Assembly (NCBI GenBank): GCA_038885755.1
Contig: JAVZZH010000001.1
Coordinates: 453,410 to 517,409, forward strand
Source: Candidatus Caldarchaeum sp.
GTDB lineage: Archaea > Thermoproteota > Nitrososphaeria_A > Caldarchaeales > Caldarchaeaceae
DNA: 64,000 nucleotides
Reading direction: 5' to 3'
Shown here: positions 57,551 to 64,000 of the stretch, piece after piece
How the letters are laid out: every line of letters begins with the position of its first letter
Numbering within the stretch: position 1 is the stretch's first letter
Position numbers and translations under genes: made by a program
The notes under the pieces: generated by a model
Databases searched by the model: none
What the model saw: the letters and a program-made list of their open reading frames with translations, nothing else
What the model was told of the DNA's origin: nothing

Positions 57551-58449
57551 CCGAAGACTACGTGTCGGCTGTCGAGGAGGAGATCTACCAGATCAGGTCG
57601 AGGCTGGTTGAACTTCGGAAGAAGAAGGCCGAGTACGAGGAGGAGGCCAGCCGGAGCCTCGAGAAGAGGGATAAGATACACGAGCGGATCAAGGAAATTA
57701 AGGAGAAGAACGCCGCATACCTCGAGAGGGTTTCAAGCCTCAGGAACGAGATCGCTGAGTTGAGAGCCAAGCTTGACGAGGTCGTCGCAAAGATAAAAGA
57801 GATGAAAGCTGAGAAGGAGAAGCTTTTCTCCCAGCAGGTCGCTGATAACGCCAAGGGCTACACGGCTCAGGAGGTGATGAGAAGGATGAGGGAGCTGGAG
57901 GACCGGATCGAGACCGACATCCTCCGCCCCGAGGAGGAGAGAAGGCTTTACGAGGAGCTGAGAAACTTGTCGAACATTCTTGCGGAGGTGCAGAAGAGGG
58001 AGGGGGTTGCGGAGAAGCTGCGTGAGATAAACAGCCAGCTGGGGCCTTTGGTCGAGCAGTCGAAGAGCCTGAAGGAGCTTATCAGGATGAGGAAGGAGGA
58101 GCTTCAGACGGCTAGGGAGGCTATTCAGTCTGTTCGTGAGATGATTCAGGGGCTTAAGCCGGAGGCTGACGCATATCATCAAGCCTATCTCGAAGCCAAG
58201 AAAAAGGCTCAGATGGCTGATGCCGAAGAGATTCTCCTCATATCACGGCTTGTGGAGCTTCAGGAATACGCCAAGAAACACAGGGAGCTCGCGCTGAGGA
58301 CAAGAGAGTATGAGTTAAAGGAGAAGGTGAAGAGTAAGGCTTTGGAGAAGCTGTCTCAAGGCGGAAAGCTCTCGTTCGAGGAGATGAAAGTGTTGATGGA
58401 GGACGAAAGCGCTTGGGAGGCCCTGACGTCGAGGAAGCCCAAGTCCTAG
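57547..58449 (+). CDS. Archaeal coiled-coil protein (COG1340-like)
   Basis: 300 aa of almost uninterrupted E/K/R/L heptads. ATGA overlap with the GTPase gene. Confidence 0.6.
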   Translation: MTEDYVSAVEEEIYQIRSRLVELRKKKAEYEEEASRSLEKRDKIHERIKEIKEKNAAYLERVSSLRNEIAELRAKLDEVVAKIKEMKAEKEKLFSQQVADNAKGYTAQEVMRRMRELEDRIETDILRPEEERRLYEELRNLSNILAEVQKREGVAEKLREINSQLGPLVEQSKSLKELIRMRKEELQTAREAIQSVREMIQGLKPEADAYHQAYLEAKKKAQMADAEEILLISRLVELQEYAKKHRELALRTREYELKEKVKSKALEKLSQGGKLSFEEMKVLMEDESAWEALTSRKPKS

Positions 58450-58450
58450 C

Positions 58451-60640
58451 CTACTCCTCCTCAACGAACTGATCGATCGTAGGAACCTCCAGCGGCAATC
58501 CTTTCCTCTTCCTAATCTCCTGAATCACCTTGTCTTTAAGCGACGCTGGAACAGGCTTCCACTGGCTGAATTCAGTTGCCCAGAAGGCCTTGCCCATAGT
58601 GGCGCTTCGCATAGCTTCGCTCAGGTCAAATGTCTCGGACGCGGGTATTTCGCCCACCACCACGGTCACGTATTCCGCCTGTTTGACGTCGATGACTCTT
58701 CCACGCTTGCTTGTTATGGTCGAGGTGACCGCGCCCATGAACTCGGGAGCAATCTTCGCCTCAATCTTGAGAACCGGCTCCAGAAGAACAGGCGAGGCGG
58801 AAAGAACGCTTGCGTACAGGCTTCTCCACGTAGCGGGAGCTATCTGGGCGTAGCCTCTGTGCACAGGGTCTTCGTGAAGCTCCACCTGTGTGAGGACGGC
58901 CTTTACGCCCCTCATGTTTTCAGCAGCCAGAGGGCCCTCCTGCATCACACGCTGGAACCCTCCCACTATCATCATCCTAGATTCCTGGAGGTACTGAGCG
59001 CCCTTGGTCGCGTCGACGAGTATGTTTCCACGGCCGTCTATCACCCATACGTTCCTAGCCTCCTCAGCGTCCCATCCATGTTCCCTCAAAATCTTCGCCA
59101 CCTGCTTCCTGTCCATCTCGTCGAACAGCTCACCTTTCCTGATGAGCTCGACGACCTCAGGCTCCAAAGGCTCGACCCTCGTGTATATCCTGTTGTGGCG
59201 GTTGGGAGACTTGCCTTCAAACTCTTTTCCTTTAGACTGGACCGCTTCCCTGTAGAGTATGATGGGCTTGCCGGAGACAACCTCCAGCCCTGCCTTCTGG
59301 ATCCACGTAAGAGCTATCTCAAGGTGGAGCGTGCCCATGCCGCTTATCAGATACTCGCCCGTCTCCGGCCTCACGACGGTGACGAGAGTCGGGTCTTCTA
59401 TGGTCAGCTTGTTGAGGAACTCGACGAGCTTGGGCAGGTCTCTGCTGTACTTAGGCTCGACAGAGATCGTCACGACTGGTTCGGAGACGTATTTCAGCGA
59501 CTCGAAAGGTATTGTTTCGACGGAGCCTATCGTATCGCCGGCACGGACGTCGTTCAGCCCCAGCACCGCGGGTATGTTCCCCGCGGGAATGCTGCCGACT
59601 ATCTCCCTCGAAGGACCCATGTAAACACCGACCTGCTGAACTCTTCCCGAGATGTTCCGCCCGACTATGATGACGGAGTCGCCTTCGTTGACTGTTCCGC
59701 TGAAGAGCCTACCCGTGGCGACGACGCCCGCCTGCGGGTCAACCCGAACGTCCGTCACAGCCATGACGGTGGGGCCGTTTTCGTCGCAGTTCAGCATAGC
59801 CTGACCGACCTCGCTCTCGAGGTCTCCCTTCCATATCTTCGATATCCTGTATTTCTGCGCAACATGCGGCGGCGGATGCTTCGATATAACCATCTCCAGC
59901 AGAGCTTCGTGAAGAGGCGTCTTCTGCCTAAGCCACTCGACGTCTCCTCTGGAGAAAGCGTCTATGACGTCGGCGAACTTGATCCCCTTCTCCTGAGCCT
60001 GCTTAACGGTGAAGCCCCACCTGTCCTTCGAGCTGCCTATCGCAACGGTGTTTTCTGCGAAGTTAATCTTCCATTTCTCACGCTGCTCAGGCTCGCCGTA
60101 CATCTCGATCAAGGCGTTGACGTCCCTCACGATCCTGGTGAGGGTCTCCTGAATCCGCTCCGGAGGTAGACGCAGCTCCTTGACGAGCCGGTCTATCTTG
60201 TTGATGTACAGGACGGGCTTAACCCTCTCGCTCAACGCTTGACGGATGACGGTCTCCGTCTGAGTCATAACCCCCTCGACAGCGTCGACAACAACTATGG
60301 CTCCGTCTATGGCACGAAGAGCCCTCGTGACCCTTCCTGAAAAATCGACGTGTCCAGGGGTGTCGATCAGGTTGACGATGTACTGCTTGCCGTTCGTCTC
60401 ATAGTACAGCGAGACGTTGGCGGCTTTGATGGTCATCTGCCTCTGCTGCTCCTCCTCCAAGTAGTCTAGGGCGAGGGCCTTGCCGGCTAGCGAGGGCGAT
60501 AGAAGCCCGGCTGCGGCTAGAAGGGAGTCGGAGGTGGTTGTTTTGCCGTGGTCGACGTGTGCTATGATGCCGATGTTCCTTATGTTCTCCTTGTTCCTCA
60601 GGATGTCGACTACTTCCGATATCTTCTTAACTCTTGGCAT
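58451..60640 (-). CDS. fusA: Translation elongation factor 2 (aEF-2)
   Basis: NIGIIAHVDHGKTT, DTPGHVDF and diphthamide-loop HEDPVHRG; 729 aa. Confidence 0.95.
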   Translation of the reverse strand: MPRVKKISEVVDILRNKENIRNIGIIAHVDHGKTTTSDSLLAAAGLLSPSLAGKALALDYLEEEQQRQMTIKAANVSLYYETNGKQYIVNLIDTPGHVDFSGRVTRALRAIDGAIVVVDAVEGVMTQTETVIRQALSERVKPVLYINKIDRLVKELRLPPERIQETLTRIVRDVNALIEMYGEPEQREKWKINFAENTVAIGSSKDRWGFTVKQAQEKGIKFADVIDAFSRGDVEWLRQKTPLHEALLEMVISKHPPPHVAQKYRISKIWKGDLESEVGQAMLNCDENGPTVMAVTDVRVDPQAGVVATGRLFSGTVNEGDSVIIVGRNISGRVQQVGVYMGPSREIVGSIPAGNIPAVLGLNDVRAGDTIGSVETIPFESLKYVSEPVVTISVEPKYSRDLPKLVEFLNKLTIEDPTLVTVVRPETGEYLISGMGTLHLEIALTWIQKAGLEVVSGKPIILYREAVQSKGKEFEGKSPNRHNRIYTRVEPLEPEVVELIRKGELFDEMDRKQVAKILREHGWDAEEARNVWVIDGRGNILVDATKGAQYLQESRMMIVGGFQRVMQEGPLAAENMRGVKAVLTQVELHEDPVHRGYAQIAPATWRSLYASVLSASPVLLEPVLKIEAKIAPEFMGAVTSTITSKRGRVIDVKQAEYVTVVVGEIPASETFDLSEAMRSATMGKAFWATEFSQWKPVPASLKDKVIQEIRKRKGLPLEVPTIDQFVEEE

Positions 60641-60695
60641 CTAGTCTCCACGGTTATCCCGAAAACCTCGGTTTTAAATGTATGCGGAGTAAGGT

Positions 60696-61151
60696 TTATT
60701 TCTTCTTCCTAGCGGGCTTTTCAAGCTCTTTCTTAAGTCCTTCGACAAGCTCCTTGACCTTCGCTTTCGTGGTGGACTCCATGAGCCTGCTGCCGACGCT
60801 GGCCACGAGACCTCCTACAATCAAGTCGGCTGACCAGGAAACCTCAGTACCCTCAGCAACCGGGTTGAGCTGCAGCTGGAGGCTGAGGTCAGCCGTGCTC
60901 TGCATCCCCGAGCCTTTTCCCGAGATCTTCAGGCTCGTCGGCGGGTTCAGCTCCTCGTACTTGAACGCCATGTTCAGGCTGCCCTTAATCATTCCGAGAC
61001 CGATTTTGAACACGGTCTTGAAGCTGGTCGCGTCAACCTTCTCATACTTCTGGAGGTCGGGGATCAGCTTTACGAAGTTGTCCGGCTCCGTGATGAACTT
61101 CCATACAGTATCCCTGTCTGCCGCGACAACGAACTTGTCAGCCATCTTCAT
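60696..61151 (-). CDS. coxG: SRPBCC-fold CoxG-like protein
   Basis: F.V.A..D.VWKFI.-P......IP layout, 151 aa, directly after coxS. Confidence 0.65.
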   Translation of the reverse strand: MKMADKFVVAADRDTVWKFITEPDNFVKLIPDLQKYEKVDATSFKTVFKIGLGMIKGSLNMAFKYEELNPPTSLKISGKGSGMQSTADLSLQLQLNPVAEGTEVSWSADLIVGGLVASVGSRLMESTTKAKVKELVEGLKKELEKPARKKK

Positions 61152-61155
61152 CTAG

Positions 61156-61698
61156 CTAGACCTCTATAACAGGCTTACCCGATTTCCTTATCTCTTCTGC
61201 GGCGGCCAGAATGGCCTTGACTATGTTGACGTATCCGGTGCAGCGGCACAGGTTTCCCGAGATGCCGTGCCTAACCTCCTCCTCAGTCGGGTTGGGGTTA
61301 ATCATCAGAAACCCTGCGGAAGCCATTATCATGCCGGGTGTGCAGTAGCCGCACTGGAGGCCGTGATGCTCCCAGAATGCTTTCTGCAACGGATGAAGCT
61401 CATCACCCTTAGCCATCCCCTCTATGGTCAGGATCTTCTTCCCGTTAGCCTGTACGGCGAAGTAAGTGCATGACTTGATTGCTTTCCATTTTCCGTCAAA
61501 CTGCATCAAAACAGTGCAGGCCCCGCAGTTGGTCGTGTCGCATCCTATGTGAGTTCCCGTAAGCCCTGCATTCTCCCTTATGAAGTGGACGAGTAGAAGC
61601 CTCGGCTCGACCTCGTAGCTGTAGTCGACGCCGTTGATGTTAATCGTGACCAATTTCTTCGAAGGCTCGGCCTGCTTCAAACCCTTCCTAGCGGCCAT
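61156..61698 (-). CDS. coxS: [2Fe-2S]-binding small subunit of a molybdenum hydroxylase (CoxS/CutC type)
   Basis: [23 protein letters not shown] and NLCRCTGY. Confidence 0.9.
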   Translation of the reverse strand: MAARKGLKQAEPSKKLVTININGVDYSYEVEPRLLLVHFIRENAGLTGTHIGCDTTNCGACTVLMQFDGKWKAIKSCTYFAVQANGKKILTIEGMAKGDELHPLQKAFWEHHGLQCGYCTPGMIMASAGFLMINPNPTEEEVRHGISGNLCRCTGYVNIVKAILAAAEEIRKSGKPVIEV

Positions 61699-61708
61699 CG
61701 TTCACCAC

Positions 61709-62581
61709 CTAAACCGCAACACCAGCCCTCTCAAAAGCTTTATTTAAAGCCCTCCTCGTGAAAACCTTAGCCATCTCTCGCTTGTACTCAGCCGACCCTC
61801 TGAGGTCGGAGGAGGGGTCTGACATGTCGGCGGCCGCCTGAGCAGCCTTCTCCACCAACTCCTTCGTGGGTTTCTGGCCGACCAAGACCTCCTCAGCCTC
61901 CGTCGCCTTGAAGGGAGCTGGAGCAACCGCCGTCAAACCTATGCCAATCTTGTCAACGACGTTGTTGGCGTCGAGAACGACGGAAGCCGCAACCCCGACC
62001 GTTGCGTAGTCCCCGGCTTTCCTCTCAAACTTGAGGTAAGCCTGGCCTACCTTCGCACCCGTCGGAACAGGCAGCACAGCCTCCACGAGTATCTCGGTCG
62101 GCTTGAGCGCTGTCTCGAACGGGCCTTTGAAGAACTTTACAGCTTTGATTCTCCTCTTTGCGGTACCTTGAGCGACGAGCTCGGCGTCCAAGGCCAGGAC
62201 TGACGCCGGCCAGTCGGCGGCTGGGTCCGCGTGGGCGAGCGATCCCAGGAAGGTTCCCAGGTTTCTAACCTGCATGTCGGCTATCTGGGGAGCGGCCTCC
62301 GCCAAAAGCGGGAGCCTTTTCTTGATTATCGGGGAGTGCTCGATGTCTGCGTGGCGTGCTAACGCACCTATCCGGACAACTTTCCCACCGTCCTTGATGT
62401 AGTTGAGTCCCTTGATGTTGTTAATGTCCACGATGTACTGGGGTGAGACAAGCCTGAGCTTCATCATCGGTATGAGGCTCATTCCTCCGCTGAGAACTTT
62501 AGCGTCCTTGTATTTGCGGAGGTATGAAACAGCTTGGGCGAGGGTAGTTGGGGCCAGGTATTCAAACTTCCTCGGTATCAT
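61709..62581 (-). CDS. coxM: FAD-binding medium subunit of a molybdenum hydroxylase (CoxM/CutB type)
   Basis: F.Y..P.TL..A......DAKVLSGGMSLIPMMKLR. Confidence 0.85.
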   Translation of the reverse strand: MIPRKFEYLAPTTLAQAVSYLRKYKDAKVLSGGMSLIPMMKLRLVSPQYIVDINNIKGLNYIKDGGKVVRIGALARHADIEHSPIIKKRLPLLAEAAPQIADMQVRNLGTFLGSLAHADPAADWPASVLALDAELVAQGTAKRRIKAVKFFKGPFETALKPTEILVEAVLPVPTGAKVGQAYLKFERKAGDYATVGVAASVVLDANNVVDKIGIGLTAVAPAPFKATEAEEVLVGQKPTKELVEKAAQAAADMSDPSSDLRGSAEYKREMAKVFTRRALNKAFERAGVAV

Positions 62582-62684
62582 CGGTTTTGTTGAATTAGCG
62601 GCTTACTTAAAAACGTTTCGAGTTTTTTGAGCTGGAGAAAGATGCAAAACATAAATTAACAGATGAGAACCGAATACATCGGAG

Positions 62685-63551
62685 TTGTTAAAGGATCTGA
62701 CGCCTGAAAGCCTTGTCCAAGCTATGGAGAGGGAGCTGTACGTCGCCGACAGACCCCTTGCCCTGTCCGTTTACTTGGCTCTCAAGCTAGAGAAGCCTCT
62801 CCTCATCGAAGGGGAGCCTGGATGCGGGAAGACTGAGGTGGCCAAGGTTTTAGCCAAGCTGCTGGACACGGACCTCATACGCCTCCAGTGCTACGAGGGC
62901 ATCACGGCCTCACAGGCGCTCTACGAATGGGATTATCCACGGCAGCTGATCAACATACGGCTGCTCGAAGACAAGAAAACACCCGAGGAGATATCGGCCG
63001 AGATATTCAGCGAGAAGTATCTTCTTCGGAGGCCTTTGCTTGCGACTCTTCTCCACGAGGGGCCCAACCCTCCCGTCCTACTCATCGACGAGATCGACAG
63101 GAGCGACGAAGAGTTTGAAGGGTTTCTGCTGGAGTTTCTGGCAGAGTTTCAGGTGACGATTCCTGAGCTCGGCACAATATCTGCGAAGAAGAAGCCGGTC
63201 GTCATAATTACTTCCAACAGGACGAGGGAGGTCGGCGACGGGCTGCGGAGGCGTTGCCTTTACCTCTACGTGACCTACCCCTCTCCCGAGAAGGAGAGGA
63301 AAATCTTGTCGCTCAAAGTGCCCCAGCTCTCGCCCAAGATGGCGGAAGAGGTCGTGGCCTTCGTCCAAAAGATACGCCAGATAAACGAGCTCAACAAGAA
63401 GCCCGGCATATCGGAGACGATAGACTGGGCTAATGCTTTGAACGTGCTCGGCGCCTCGGAGCTCAGCGCCTCGATGATAGAGTCGACTCTAAGCTGCTTG
63501 ATAAAGAACGAGGACGACCTGAGGGTCATCAGAGATTCAGGGATCATCTAG
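62685..63551 (+). CDS. MoxR-type AAA+ ATPase (CoxD-like)
   Basis: Walker A GEPGCGKTE, Walker B LLIDEIDR and TSNRT (sensor). Confidence 0.85.
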   Translation: MLKDLTPESLVQAMERELYVADRPLALSVYLALKLEKPLLIEGEPGCGKTEVAKVLAKLLDTDLIRLQCYEGITASQALYEWDYPRQLINIRLLEDKKTPEEISAEIFSEKYLLRRPLLATLLHEGPNPPVLLIDEIDRSDEEFEGFLLEFLAEFQVTIPELGTISAKKKPVVIITSNRTREVGDGLRRRCLYLYVTYPSPEKERKILSLKVPQLSPKMAEEVVAFVQKIRQINELNKKPGISETIDWANALNVLGASELSASMIESTLSCLIKNEDDLRVIRDSGII

Positions 63552-63553
63552 AG

Positions 63554-64000
63554 ATGTTAAAAGATGATGTTCTATTCCTAGTGACTGACGTCGCGGCGCG
63601 TCTCCGAGACTACGGAGTGAAGTGCGGCAGTTCCGAGACGATAGACGCCTACAGGGCTTTGGGCCTGGTTAGGCTGGACAGCGTTGAAGAGCTTAAGAAC
63701 GTGATGAAGCTCTGCATGGTCAAAAGGCTTGAGGACTACGAGGTGTTTGAAAGAGTTTTTGAGGAGTTGATGTCGTTGAAGAAGAAGCCGGCTGAACGTA
63801 GGCTGTCTGAGGCCGGCGGGGAGAGTGGGAGCGGGCAGAAAAGTATTGAAAGGAGTAGGGAGGGCGGCAGGGACTCTCGGCAGGCTATGACTGCTTACTA
63901 CAGCCCTGTCGAGATCCTTACGAGGAAGGAGCTGCCCATCCCGACAGTCGAGTTCATCCGTGAAAGTAAGAGGGTGATGAAGAGGCTGCGGCGTAGGCTG
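63554..64000 (+). CDS. CoxE-like VWA-domain protein, N-terminal part (3' end outside window)
   Basis: My own translation from the ATG at 63554 is open to the window end: MLKDDVLFLV...DAYRALGLV...EDYEVFERVFEE...YYSPVEILTRKEL. It follows the MoxR ATPase by 2 nt. Confidence 0.6.
   Translation, partial: MLKDDVLFLVTDVAARLRDYGVKCGSSETIDAYRALGLVRLDSVEELKNVMKLCMVKRLEDYEVFERVFEELMSLKKKPAERRLSEAGGESGSGQKSIERSREGGRDSRQAMTAYYSPVEILTRKELPIPTVEFIRESKRVMKRLRRRL

Noticed and set aside
58859-60169. 436-aa ORF on the plus strand
   Set aside because: It is entirely antisense to the highly conserved aEF-2 gene. The translation is low-complexity (R/L/P/H-rich) with no recognisable motif. This is a typical shadow ORF of a GC-rich, codon-biased gene.

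Overview
This is a dense chromosomal segment (roughly 90% coding, about 80 protein genes) from a thermophilic archaeon. Gene content fits Thermoproteota best: a single-OB SSB with an RGG tail, class I LysRS, a two-subunit 2-oxoacid:ferredoxin oxidoreductase, G1P dehydrogenase, geranylgeranyl reductase, Hjc, TBP, aEF-2, and the proteasome-SBDS-exosome-L37Ae-Pcc1-prefoldin superoperon. By eye I found no rRNA, tRNA, CRISPR array, transposase or integrase, so this is core chromosome rather than an obvious island. All functional calls rest on motif recognition in the supplied translations; no database search was possible. Recognisable modules are molybdopterin synthesis (moaC, moaB, moaD, moaE), NAD salvage (pncA-pncB), stomatin-NfeD, an ECF transporter energising module, coxM-coxS-coxG with divergent MoxR/VWA genes, and a lipoate cluster. 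The observations most worth follow-up are: (1) a DNA methyltransferase whose N-terminal 30-odd codons sit in another frame, joined across a T6 run at 4433-4438; (2) a tight lipA-E1beta-E3-lipB operon with no E1alpha and no lipoyl-bearing E2; (3) a divergent SHMT-like gene abutting an MVD-family GHMP gene, followed by an unlisted 56-aa AbrB-type ORF; (4) a four-gene minus-strand operon coding for a coiled-coil/Zn-ribbon protein, a wHTH-like protein, an Hjc resolvase with a CPHC insertion, and Lrp; (5) a ThiR-like HTH-ThiN regulator lying tail-to-tail with a stand-alone paralog of its DNA-binding domain; (6) an unexplained 381-bp non-coding gap at 35572-35952 with long-range pairing potential. 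None of these is proven novel.
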